IMG/VR virus record: IMGVR_UViG_3300043394_000368
Span: 1-43,307 of that record
DNA: 43,307 nucleotides
Origin: a virus
Taxonomy: Duplodnaviria > Caudoviricetes
Direction: 5' to 3' (one strand)
The notes below the pieces were generated by a model, which was given only the letters and a program-made list of their open reading frames with translations, was not told the origin of the DNA and did not search any database. Both the position numbers and the translations under genes were made by a program. Of the stretch, positions 8,887 through 18,119 are shown one piece after another (positions within the stretch are counted from its first letter, which is position 1; the number at the start of each line of letters is the position of its first letter).

Positions 8887-9804
8887 ATGACAAACGCAAA
8901 AAACATCGCAACGCTTCTCGAAACTGCTCCTCAATTCAAACCAGAGAGCTTAATCATTTCCGATAGTAAATGGAAATTCATTGTCCGTGCCGTTCTTCGT
9001 GGTGAGAATATCATGCTTCGCGGTGACGCCGGAACCGGTAAAACACTTGCCGTGACTACTGTTGCCAAGGTTATGGATCGTCCATTCTTTTATTTCAATC
9101 TCGGTGCTACACAGGATCCTCGTTCAACGCTTATCGGTAATACCCATTTCAACAAAGAGACTGGTACATATTTTGCCCAATCCACATTTGTCAAGGCAAT
9201 CCAAACAGAAGGTGCTGTAATTTTGCTAGATGAATTGTCTCGTGCTCATCCAGAGGCATGGAATATCTTGATGACCGTTCTTGATGAATCTCAAAGATAT
9301 TTGCGTATAGATGAATCTCCTGATACAGAAGTAGTCAAGGTTGCAGATGGTGTTTCGTTCCTTGCTACATCCAACGAGGGCATCCAATATACATCCACCC
9401 GAAAAGTAGACTTTGCTCTTGCAGACCGTTTTGCCATCTTGGAAATGGATATTCTCTCAAAGATGCAACAACAATCTCTCATTCGCCATGCTTGTCCGAA
9501 AATTGACGATAAAACGGTAGAAATTCTCACCAGTATTTATGACCAAATCAATACTGAATTGGCAACCAATAACGGTAAAATTCAAACAAGAATGTCTACC
9601 CGTTCAATGATTCGTGCCGCCAGACACATTTGCGATGGCTTCTCAATCAATGAGGCACTTGACCTGTGTATTTACCCATACTTTGATGGTGAAGGTGGCC
9701 TTGATAGTGAGAGAACCTTTGTTCAAATTATTGCACAAAAGTATGTTGGAACCGGTGATCTTGAGAATGAAAATATGTTTGACGAAGCCGATACCAACAA
9801 GTAA
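8887..9804 (+). CDS. MoxR-group AAA+ ATPase (CbbQ/NorQ/CobS-like)
   Basis: Walker A GDAGTGKT, Walker B ILLDELSR, FLATSN, ALADRF, STRSMI. Confidence 0.9.
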   Translation: MTNAKNIATLLETAPQFKPESLIISDSKWKFIVRAVLRGENIMLRGDAGTGKTLAVTTVAKVMDRPFFYFNLGATQDPRSTLIGNTHFNKETGTYFAQSTFVKAIQTEGAVILLDELSRAHPEAWNILMTVLDESQRYLRIDESPDTEVVKVADGVSFLATSNEGIQYTSTRKVDFALADRFAILEMDILSKMQQQSLIRHACPKIDDKTVEILTSIYDQINTELATNNGKIQTRMSTRSMIRAARHICDGFSINEALDLCIYPYFDGEGGLDSERTFVQIIAQKYVGTGDLENENMFDEADTNK

Positions 9805-9896
9805 TTTCGATAATTGACTAACAATGTTTGCGGGGCGTAACCCGCCCTGCAAACTATATTTATATCAAACAACCAACAACCACAAAGGGATATTTT

Positions 9897-12104
9897 ATGA
9901 GTAAGAGAAAAGCATCCATATCAAGCACACTTAATTCATCCAAGAAATTTATCTCAAACTTTTGGGACAAATATAACTACGCTGATGAATACGAGGCACA
10001 TTCAAATTACTGGCTCAAAGGTTCAATCTTTGACAAAAAAACATCCATGTTTGCAGAACCCGAAGAACAAGGTTCAAAATATGACTACTATGCTCTTGCA
10101 CAGTATCAGCGTGCCATTACAAACTTTGTTCACATTTTGACTGCAGATCCCACTATCAAGGTTCAATACAATAGTGCGGGTAATAATTCAACCGATGGTA
10201 AAACAATCAATCTTTCTGCTACCATGAAAGAAGAAGATTTTGATGCCAATGTTGGCCTTGCCCTACATGAGAGCTCACATATTCTATACACAGACTTTGA
10301 CAAGTCTATAAATGAATTTCAATATCCAAATGTAGATAAAATTCTAACAGATGAAGCTGCTACTAAACTGCGTGAAAATGATAATGAAACGAAACAAACT
10401 ATTTTGGGTAGAACATTCGGTTGGGAAGGATATAAACAGAATTTCAAAACAGTTCTGAATATCATTGAGGACTTGTATATTGATGCGATGACCTATTCCA
10501 ATGCTCCAGGTTATCGTGCTTACTACAAGTCTCTTTACCACAAATACTTTGGTGACGATAAAATTACTCGTGGGTTTTGGGAGCCGGATATGTGCCAACC
10601 TACTATGGACAATTATATGTTTCACCTTTGTAATTTCCGTTCACCTGCAAGAAACTTGAAGGCACTTCCAGAATTGGAAACGATATGGAATCTTATTGAT
10701 ATGCGTAATATCCGTAGGTTATCAGAACAACAAGACCGTATCGATCTTGCTTACAAAGTTTATTCCACAATGGTCTCACAAATTGCAGAATACAAAGTAG
10801 ATGACACACAGGAATCCAATGATGGAGATTCCAGTAGTGATGGTGAATCCGATGGTATCGGCACCAACGATGGTTTTGGTGACAGTCAATCCGATGGAAA
10901 CATTGGCACAAATTCTCAATGGACACCACCAACACCAGATGCAGACCAGAATATCAAATCCTTATCGGAAAGACAAATTGAACAATTACGCAAATTGGTA
11001 GAGAAACAAAAAGACTTTATCAATGGTAATTTAACTAAATCAAAATTGTCAAAAAACGATGTCACAAAAGTAGATGCATTTGCTTCGGTAGATATGAACC
11101 AAGATAATGTTGCAAGAGGATTTGAAGATGATTGTGGTCGTGTTCATACCAACGGTATCAAAGTTTATACAATTAGACGATTGACCGAGAAATTCATGCA
11201 GTCAGATGTATCCAGACCGTTTGGTGTTTATGCTCACCAAGAAGGTTGGAAAATTGATAGAAAAACAAAAGAGATTGAGAAGGCAATTAGTTTAGGTAAA
11301 TTGCTTGCAAAAAGATTGCAAATTCGTAACGAAGAACGAGTGGATAAGTCTACCAGATTGCGTTCCGGTAAAATTGACAAAAGATTGCTACATGAAATTG
11401 GTTTTGACAATTATGAAATCTTTAACAAGATTAGTATAAACAAATACAAAGATTCATACATTCATCTTTCCATTGATGCTTCCGGTTCAATGAATGGTAG
11501 TAAATTTGAAGAATCAGTAAAACTTGCTGCTATGTTTGCTACTGCTGCCAAACTTATCCGTAATCTTCGTGTAGTGGTGACTGCCCGTTCCACTATCAAT
11601 CAAATCTATTATGGAAATGGTGGTAAAAGTAAAAATGATATGAATGAAACACCATACATGGTTTACCTGTTTGATTCTAAACAAGACGGTATTTCCGATA
11701 TTCGCCGTATATTTCCTCGTCTTTATTCAACAAACACTACACCAGAAGGTTTGTCATTCGAGGCGATTATGAATGACATATACAAAGAATCCACCAACAC
11801 CGATGCTTTCTTTATCAATCTTTGTGATGGACAACCATATATGCAGAAATCGATTAGTAAAAACCAAAATTTCAGATATACAGGACAACCTGCTCAAGAC
11901 CATTCTCGCAGACAAGTAGATAGAATGCGTAGTCATGGTATCAATGTTCTCACATATTTTATTGGTAACAAGTATGACTTTCAAGATGTGTTGAATTGTT
12001 ACAAAACAAATTGTCATCACCTTGCGAATTCAGAAGAACTAAACAAGGTTGTTCAATCCATGAATACAGAACTACTATCCGCTTCGAGAAAGACACATGG
12101 TTAA
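9897..12104 (+). CDS. VWA-domain protein with N-terminal HExxH metallopeptidase-like domain (CobT/NorD-like partner)
   Basis: LALHESSHIL and NIIED; acidic linker; SGKIDKRLLH; MIDAS SIDASGSM, TPEG, LCDGQP. Confidence 0.85.
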   Translation: MSKRKASISSTLNSSKKFISNFWDKYNYADEYEAHSNYWLKGSIFDKKTSMFAEPEEQGSKYDYYALAQYQRAITNFVHILTADPTIKVQYNSAGNNSTDGKTINLSATMKEEDFDANVGLALHESSHILYTDFDKSINEFQYPNVDKILTDEAATKLRENDNETKQTILGRTFGWEGYKQNFKTVLNIIEDLYIDAMTYSNAPGYRAYYKSLYHKYFGDDKITRGFWEPDMCQPTMDNYMFHLCNFRSPARNLKALPELETIWNLIDMRNIRRLSEQQDRIDLAYKVYSTMVSQIAEYKVDDTQESNDGDSSSDGESDGIGTNDGFGDSQSDGNIGTNSQWTPPTPDADQNIKSLSERQIEQLRKLVEKQKDFINGNLTKSKLSKNDVTKVDAFASVDMNQDNVARGFEDDCGRVHTNGIKVYTIRRLTEKFMQSDVSRPFGVYAHQEGWKIDRKTKEIEKAISLGKLLAKRLQIRNEERVDKSTRLRSGKIDKRLLHEIGFDNYEIFNKISINKYKDSYIHLSIDASGSMNGSKFEESVKLAAMFATAAKLIRNLRVVVTARSTINQIYYGNGGKSKNDMNETPYMVYLFDSKQDGISDIRRIFPRLYSTNTTPEGLSFEAIMNDIYKESTNTDAFFINLCDGQPYMQKSISKNQNFRYTGQPAQDHSRRQVDRMRSHGINVLTYFIGNKYDFQDVLNCYKTNCHHLANSEELNKVVQSMNTELLSASRKTHG

Positions 12105-12576
12105 GACGAAAACACTAAAACGATTTGCAATGTCTCCGCCGGTGAAAGAACCGCCGGTGGAGGCAATGTATCTCTCAAAAAAGAATGTTTCCGATGATAC
12201 CATAGACCAAATTATTGACCATACTATTGACTGGTGTATAGATACTTTTGGTATGAATGAGACGAAAGAACATCCGTATGTCTCTTGGGAATGGAATACG
12301 ATTGACCATGACGAAGATGATAAACAGACGATAGGTAGATATGAACCAGAACTGAATAGTATTTCATTGAAGGTTCGTGGACACAGAACTGCAAAATTGT
12401 TTATCAAGACTATCATCCATGAATACATACACTACCTGCAACCCAGAAAGGGAGGTTGGTATGAACGATGGAATAAACAATACGGTTACTATAAAAACCC
12501 ATACGAAATTGAAGCATACTATTTAAGTGAAATGTATGCACAATCCGCAACAAATTATGTTATGAGTAAATTATGA
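12097..12576 (+). CDS. Zincin-like metallopeptidase
   Basis: TIIHEYIHYLQ plus downstream NPYEIEA. Confidence 0.7.
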   Translation: MVKTKTLKRFAMSPPVKEPPVEAMYLSKKNVSDDTIDQIIDHTIDWCIDTFGMNETKEHPYVSWEWNTIDHDEDDKQTIGRYEPELNSISLKVRGHRTAKLFIKTIIHEYIHYLQPRKGGWYERWNKQYGYYKNPYEIEAYYLSEMYAQSATNYVMSKL

Positions 12577-13094
12577 AAAAAATTATTTTTCTTTTGGCAA
12601 TGTTGTGTAATTTTAGTATATTTGGTAAAGATTCAACGATGATTCAATCACCTTTACCGAGTGCAGTAATCAAAGACATAAATGGTAATGTTGTAAATTC
12701 AACAACAATAAACAACGGTAAGAATCTAATCTATCTAACATTTTGGGCAACATGGTGTAAACCATGTATTCAAGAACTAAATGAACTCAATGATGTGTAT
12801 GACGTGTGGCGTGATGAATTTGATGTTAAGATAGTTGCGGTATCGGTTGATGACATACGAACTTCTCCAAAAGTAAAACCATTTGTCAATGGAAAGAATT
12901 GGGATTTTGAAGTTTATCTTGACCAGAACGGCGATTTGAGAAGAATGATGAATGTGAATAATGTTCCTCATTCGTTCTTAATCAATGACAAAGGTGAAAT
13001 AATTTGGCAACAAAATTCACACACGGTTGGTGACGAACATAGGATATATGAAATCATCCGTAACTATGAAATGAATGGTGTAGTAAATGAGTAA
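12573..13094 (+). CDS. TlpA/ResA-like thiol-disulfide oxidoreductase, exported
   Basis: Signal peptide; FWATWCKPC; VAVSVD; NVPHSFLIND.GEI. Confidence 0.9.
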   Translation: MKKIIFLLAMLCNFSIFGKDSTMIQSPLPSAVIKDINGNVVNSTTINNGKNLIYLTFWATWCKPCIQELNELNDVYDVWRDEFDVKIVAVSVDDIRTSPKVKPFVNGKNWDFEVYLDQNGDLRRMMNVNNVPHSFLINDKGEIIWQQNSHTVGDEHRIYEIIRNYEMNGVVNE

Positions 13095-13377
13095 TGAACC
13101 TGAAAAATTGAATATGGGATGTCTTTCTGTCTTTTGGACAGGTCTCAAAGGATTTTTTTATATCTCATTGTTGTTTCTTGCGATATTTGTTATTGGTATA
13201 TTCGGAATTTGGTTTTTCTTTTTCTATATGAATTTCCTTTTATCATCACCACTTTGGCTTACAATGATAGGAATTGCAATTCCAATAATCATATTCATTG
13301 GATATTACACAAGACTATTACAATGGTCTTTTGGTAAATACCTTGAATTACAAGAACAACAAGATAACAATGAATAA
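13087..13377 (+). CDS. Membrane protein
   Basis: Two long hydrophobic segments. Confidence 0.65.
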   Translation: MSNEPEKLNMGCLSVFWTGLKGFFYISLLFLAIFVIGIFGIWFFFFYMNFLLSSPLWLTMIGIAIPIIIFIGYYTRLLQWSFGKYLELQEQQDNNE

Positions 13378-13380
13378 AAT

Positions 13381-13452
13381 GGTCCCATCGTTTAATGGTT
13401 AGGACACCGCCCTTTCACGGCGATAATAGGGGTTCGAGCCCCCTTGGGATCA
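13381..13452 (+). tRNA. tRNA-Glu(TTC)
   Basis: GGTCCCA/TGGGATC acceptor, CGCC-CTTTCAC-GGCG anticodon arm, AGGGG-TTCGAGC-CCCTT T arm; no encoded CCA. Confidence 0.9.
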
Positions 13453-13512
13453 CAATTTTTTATGTTTAGACCAATTAACTCCATATTTATATGTATAAAT
13501 TGGAGAATATAA

Positions 13513-14172
13513 ATGAAATGTAAATTCTGCTCAAAAGAAATGAAAAACATTGGTGGTCTTACTATACATGAAAAATATGGTTGTAGTCTAAACCCAAATA
13601 GACTGTATAGAAAATCTAATTTTGTTGAATACAATGAAAGAGTAAACAATGGTGAGTTAGAAAAAAAATTTACCAATCAATTCACGAAAGCACAAGAACT
13701 TGGTATAGAATGTGTTGTTAGTGAACAAACTAAATTGAAAATATCTAACGCGTCAAAAAAACAAGTATGGACAACAGAAAGAAAACAAAAACATTCAGAA
13801 TCAATGATGAATGCAGTTAGACAACATCCAGAATCATATTCTGCAAAAAATGTATGCGGAAGAACAAAAAAGATACAATACAAAGGTTTCAATCTAACTG
13901 GAAAATGGGAATATGATGTTGCAAGATACTTTGACAAACACGATATATCATGGACAAATAAAATTTCACCATTTGAATATAAATGGGAAAATAAAATAAG
14001 AAACTATTTTCCAGATTTTTACTTATTTGATTTTGACTTGTATATTGAAGTAAAAGGTTACGAAACAGAAAGAGATAGAGCAAAATGGTCAGTTGTTCCA
14101 AATCTTTTTGTAATAAAAAAGAACTTAATTGAAATCATACGAAGTGGTGGAAAATTAAGATTGACAAATTAA
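13513..14172 (+). CDS. Putative free-standing homing endonuclease (Zn finger, NUMOD3-like helix, PD-(D/E)xK nuclease)
   Basis: CKFC...HEKYGC; SEQTKLKIS; YFPDFYL...YIEVKGY; inserted between two tRNA genes. Confidence 0.75.
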   Translation: MKCKFCSKEMKNIGGLTIHEKYGCSLNPNRLYRKSNFVEYNERVNNGELEKKFTNQFTKAQELGIECVVSEQTKLKISNASKKQVWTTERKQKHSESMMNAVRQHPESYSAKNVCGRTKKIQYKGFNLTGKWEYDVARYFDKHDISWTNKISPFEYKWENKIRNYFPDFYLFDFDLYIEVKGYETERDRAKWSVVPNLFVIKKNLIEIIRSGGKLRLTN

Positions 14173-14177
14173 ATGAT

Positions 14178-14251
14178 GGGCCTATGGCGAAATTGGTTAT
14201 CGCAACGGACTCATAATCCGCAGATTGCAGGTTCAAGTCCTGCTGGGCCCA
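14178..14251 (+). tRNA. tRNA with CAT anticodon (probably Ile2, otherwise Met)
   Basis: GGGCCTA/TGGGCCC acceptor, CGGA-CTCATAA-TCCG arm, GCAGG-TTCAAGT-CCTGC; acceptor resembles Ile2 tRNAs. Confidence 0.88.
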
Positions 14252-14257
14252 CTAATA

Positions 14258-14431
14258 ATGGAATACGATATGAATAATGAACAGAAGTTAGAACAGATGA
14301 TTGAAGTTGCAAAACAAGTCTTAAAAGAGAATCCAAATGATACATGGGTTGCAAAAGGATTGGTTGCAATGGAAGAAGAACTTGATAGATTGAAAGGTTT
14401 GTCTGATGATAGACGAACACAGATAGGATAA
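14258..14431 (+). CDS. Small hypothetical protein
   Basis: MEYDMNNEQKLEQ...; the ORF-track start overlaps the tRNA and was trimmed. Confidence 0.5.
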   Translation: MEYDMNNEQKLEQMIEVAKQVLKENPNDTWVAKGLVAMEEELDRLKGLSDDRRTQIG

Positions 14432-14473
14432 TTACTTACTCCCTATATCCCCGCCCGCTTGGGGTTATCCTCG

Positions 14474-14520
14474 GGGCACCGTTTTCGTGGTTGTTTTCGG
14501 TGCCCTACTTTTTATTTTAC
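14474..14520 (+). terminator. Hairpin, probable terminator
   Basis: GGGCACCG...CGGTGCCC followed by TACTTTTTATTTT. Confidence 0.6.
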
Positions 14521-14534
14521 TAAACATATTCTAT

Positions 14535-14687
14535 ATGATTAAAGGAAACGACTTAACACTTGTAGAAGAATCCTACAACGAAGGATATGAAGCCGGTATA
14601 ATGGATTTCATTCAGAGAATCAAATCCATATTCCCCATAGACGATGAACATTTTATGGCAATAGCCAGAGACTTACTTGACGAGTGA
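14535..14687 (+). CDS. Small hypothetical protein (YNEGYEAG motif)
   Basis: MIKGNDLTLVEESYNEGYEAGIMDF. Confidence 0.45.
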   Translation: MIKGNDLTLVEESYNEGYEAGIMDFIQRIKSIFPIDDEHFMAIARDLLDE

Positions 14688-15257
14688 TTGTAAAAATAAC
14701 TTGTAACTATCCATATCTCTAACTTGAATACCACCGGATTGTTGCCCCCACTTTTCTCTACTTGGAAATAGAAATGTTGGAACTCCTGCTGATAGTGCAG
14801 TCTTAATCAATGTTGGTGTTTTGAACCCCATACTACACTTTCTACTCACATCAACATCCATTCTCTTGATATAACCAATAGCATTCTCTATGTATTCTTT
14901 TCGTGAGAATACCCGGTCTTCGTATTCTTCGTAATCATTTTTACCATGTTGGTCTTGCCAGTAATTGTAAGCACCACCTTTTAGTGTATTCCCCAACTTA
15001 CTACCATCCAATTCAAAACGAACAAAGTAACATTGGAAGTTACTTGTATTCCTTGTATAACCCTCAATTTTTGTTCTTGCAACGGACATATAGTAACCAT
15101 CTTGATACTTCTTGCCAGGTTCAACATTCATTTCAACCGGAATAGGTTGTAACTTAAACTTGTTCTTTTCGATGATAAGATTTGCCGCTTCCGTTGTAGT
15201 GAAGTGATACACTACATCGGATATTCTTTCGGTTAGTATGTCTTTTAATTTTATCAT
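14673..15257 (-). CDS. ADP-ribosyltransferase-fold candidate with MIKLKDILTE leader
   Basis: VVYHFT, YMSVART, FELDGSKL, EEYEDR arranged like ART strands; ATG overlaps the upstream stop. Confidence 0.55.
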   Translation of the reverse strand: MIKLKDILTERISDVVYHFTTTEAANLIIEKNKFKLQPIPVEMNVEPGKKYQDGYYMSVARTKIEGYTRNTSNFQCYFVRFELDGSKLGNTLKGGAYNYWQDQHGKNDYEEYEDRVFSRKEYIENAIGYIKRMDVDVSRKCSMGFKTPTLIKTALSAGVPTFLFPSREKWGQQSGGIQVRDMDSYKLFLQSLVK

Positions 15258-16144
15258 CTTGGTTTCTTCCATCCTATTGATTTTCTATATTGATCATAAT
15301 TATCAACTACCCAATTTACTGCATCTATCGCTTCACTCTTTCCTTGAGCACTTGTCATAAATAGTTTCTTACCGTCTTGTGAATATATGACATAACTACC
15401 CATCATTGCATATATTGGAACGATGTCTGTTGCTGTTTTACCATTAAAGATTGTTTGCCATTGTCTATCTGATACATGATAAGACCGTATACCAGAAGCA
15501 CGGAATACAAGTAGTGTCCCATCACCATAAACAGGTTCACCGCTATCCATTCCGTATTCATCAAAATCCGAGACAGTAAATGCAAAGTTATATCCACCTG
15601 CACTTTTTTGAGCAGATTCACCATCCCAAAAGGTAGTTAAACCCAATTTCTTAAAATCCTTTACACCCTTAATGAATCCTTGTCTCTTTATACTACCAAC
15701 ATCATCTTCGGTTGTTCCATGGACTAACCACTGATTCTTAACTAATTCAGGTTTCTTCAAGAATAACCAAGATGGCATATTCTCTGGTCCACCACCATAT
15801 ACGGTGTATAACTCTTGAAGGTATCCGGGTCTATTCACCATCAGATACTCATACCATTCAGTAACCAGACGATATAACTTTGGATTGTTTTCTTCTAATT
15901 CTTTGAATGATGTATACCCTTTTACTTTTTTCTCAGTTTTACTCATAACAATGTCTTTATTTTCTATGAAGTAGAACTTTATCATGTTCTTATATCCTAT
16001 CTTCCTAGCAATCTCAGCAAACCTACCGAACTTACCAAAGGTGTTGTCCAATGTCCCATCAAGATACTTCCACAGTTTTACTATGTCGGTGTCTACATAT
16101 TCCCGTAGTAGTGTCTGCTCAACCAAAGGTTTCAGTTTAATCAT
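15254..16144 (-). CDS. PARP-like ART-fold candidate, paralog A
   Basis: WLVHGT...IKRQGF...GGYNFA...YG...DRQWQTIF; leader MIKLKPLVEQTLLRE. Confidence 0.55.
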   Translation of the reverse strand: MIKLKPLVEQTLLREYVDTDIVKLWKYLDGTLDNTFGKFGRFAEIARKIGYKNMIKFYFIENKDIVMSKTEKKVKGYTSFKELEENNPKLYRLVTEWYEYLMVNRPGYLQELYTVYGGGPENMPSWLFLKKPELVKNQWLVHGTTEDDVGSIKRQGFIKGVKDFKKLGLTTFWDGESAQKSAGGYNFAFTVSDFDEYGMDSGEPVYGDGTLLVFRASGIRSYHVSDRQWQTIFNGKTATDIVPIYAMMGSYVIYSQDGKKLFMTSAQGKSEAIDAVNWVVDNYDQYRKSIGWKKPR

Positions 16145-16248
16145 GGCCGCCACCCCCCATAGCTAATGTTATCAGCCGCCTCCGTTTTGGTGAAGTGATA
16201 CACCACATCGGATATGCGTTCCGTCAATATATCTTTCAATTTAATCAT
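16141..16248 (-). pseudogene. 35-aa truncated copy of the 14673..15257 gene
   Basis: Own translation MIKLKDILTERISDVVYHFTKTEAADNISYGGWRP*; first 20 aa identical to the full gene. Confidence 0.85.
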
Positions 16249-17090
16249 CGTATTGGTTTCTCCCATCCAATTGCTTTACGGTATTGATCATAATTATTAA
16301 CTACCCAATTAACTGCACTACCGTGGTCGTTAAACTTTGCCAGAATTTTTCGTTCCTTTGATAATATAACCAAAGAACCGAATTGTTCAAATATAGGAAA
16401 AATATCTGTTGCTGTCTTACCATTGAATATAGTTTGATATTCGTTATCAGTAATATGGTAACTACGAATACCAGATGCTCGAAACATAAGAATAGTTCCA
16501 TCACCGTATGTAACACCACTATCCTTATATCCATATTGTTTGAAGTCTTCTATTGTATATGCAAAGTTATACCCACCTGCTCTTTTTTCCGCACTCTTAC
16601 CATCAAACCATGTGGTCAATCCTAACTTTGTCATATCACCCATGCCCTTTATGAAACCTTGCTTTGTCATAAACATTGCATCAGTTTGTGATGTTCCATG
16701 AATCAACCATTGATTCTTTATTATTTGGGGTTCCTGCAACCAATACCACGATGGAACAGTACGAAATTGTTTATTTGCTCTCTGATATAACCGTAAAAGT
16801 TCTTCGCCCATAATAACAAAACTATACCACTTCAAAAATTTAAGGTAATCCTCTGGTCCTCTTTGTGCCATAACGGACAATGAACCATAAGACTTTAATC
16901 TTCCTATTTCTTCTTCGTTAGGGTTTGAATAAGCATAGTGGTCTACCATTACAAAATACCCAACCGCCCTCTCCAATTCCCTTAATTTATCTTCAGGAGA
17001 AGAATTGAGGTATGCCATGAGTTTGGTTATGTCGGTATCAACATACTCCCTTAACAGAGTTTCCATCAATATGTCTTTCAGTCGTATCAT
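16245..17090 (-). CDS. PARP-like ART-fold candidate, paralog B
   Basis: WLIHGT...QGF...GGYNFAY...YGDGT...DNEYQTIF; clear paralog of 15254..16144; leader MIRLKDILMETLLRE. Confidence 0.55.
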   Translation of the reverse strand: MIRLKDILMETLLREYVDTDITKLMAYLNSSPEDKLRELERAVGYFVMVDHYAYSNPNEEEIGRLKSYGSLSVMAQRGPEDYLKFLKWYSFVIMGEELLRLYQRANKQFRTVPSWYWLQEPQIIKNQWLIHGTSQTDAMFMTKQGFIKGMGDMTKLGLTTWFDGKSAEKRAGGYNFAYTIEDFKQYGYKDSGVTYGDGTILMFRASGIRSYHITDNEYQTIFNGKTATDIFPIFEQFGSLVILSKERKILAKFNDHGSAVNWVVNNYDQYRKAIGWEKPIR

Positions 17091-17169
17091 TCTAACTCCA
17101 AATTATGACGGTGGAGGCCGGAAGACCCCCACCTATCAATCTTTATTGTATTGTGTCGTAGTGTTTTTC

Positions 17170-17730
17170 TCAACGAAACAAATCCATTATACTCATTTCA
17201 TGTGTTGCGGGTTTCCAGAACCACATAGCAAACCAAATTATCACAGAATACACCGCAAGGTAAAATATCTCTCTACCAGATGTAGAACGATCAGTTAAAC
17301 GATTTATCATACCAAGTGGTGTCCACCACAACCATGACATATCGGCATATGATATTAGTTCGTCTTCCTTGCCCAAAAGGACATAGAACAGAACATCACA
17401 TACACCCATCCACCAAAGGTATACATATCCACCCAAGACCCATAAATTCCAATGTGTAAGTAATCCCATAAGGATAAACACTAACCATTGAACCGTTGAT
17501 TGACCGATACGATACCTAATAAGATTCTCCCTCCTATCAGAGTGTGCCACAGACTCATACCCTATGACATCAAACGATGTAAAAAGAATTAACCCTAATA
17601 CAAGAATGATAGGATAACCAAGATTAACCCATCCTGCAATACCTAACCCGAACAGAGACAAAACAAGTGCTGGGAATGACATATCCCGGCGAATGAGGTT
17701 CCAAAAACTTTGTCCATCACCTTTACGCAT
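17170..17730 (-). CDS. Polytopic membrane protein
   Basis: About five hydrophobic segments; GGAG RBS. Confidence 0.7.
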   Translation of the reverse strand: MRKGDGQSFWNLIRRDMSFPALVLSLFGLGIAGWVNLGYPIILVLGLILFTSFDVIGYESVAHSDRRENLIRYRIGQSTVQWLVFILMGLLTHWNLWVLGGYVYLWWMGVCDVLFYVLLGKEDELISYADMSWLWWTPLGMINRLTDRSTSGREIFYLAVYSVIIWFAMWFWKPATHEMSIMDLFR

Positions 17731-17739
17731 ACAAGTCTC

Positions 17740-17835
17740 CTATTTGTTGAGAATCACCCATCTACCAATTAGTGCGGTTATGATAAGACACAACCAAACC
17801 CATTTACCTCTCTCACTACTAATCAATCTATGCAT
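17740..17835 (-). CDS. 31-aa single-TM peptide (not in ORF track)
   Basis: MHRLISSERGKWVWLCLIITALIGRWVILNK; AGGAG upstream. Confidence 0.45.
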   Translation of the reverse strand: MHRLISSERGKWVWLCLIITALIGRWVILNK

Positions 17836-17912
17836 GATAAAAAACTCCTACATTGTTTATCATAAATATGCCCTATTTATGTAATATGTTTTTTACCTAT
17901 CTGGAGTGTGTT

Positions 17913-18095
17913 ATGTTCATCCGAAAAGATATTACTGATTTGAACCCCAATGAAATCCTACACCAAATGGCAAATGAGTTGTTGATGTGGGATCCTGATG
18001 TTAAGGTTGGTGAGAAGTCCGAAAAGAAAGTATGTGAGAATGGTTGCCAGTGCCTGGATTGTGATGATGAAGTTGGTGACAATGTAACATGGTGA
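17913..18095 (+). CDS. Small protein with Cys cluster
   Basis: GGAG RBS; C-terminal CENGCQCLDC. Confidence 0.55.
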   Translation: MFIRKDITDLNPNEILHQMANELLMWDPDVKVGEKSEKKVCENGCQCLDCDDEVGDNVTW

Positions 18096-18119
18096 AACGA
18101 GTTGATAGAATTATTATAC

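Noticed and set aside
14673-17090. Diversity-generating retroelement explaining the paralogs
   Set aside because: No reverse transcriptase in the window, and differences are not confined to adenines
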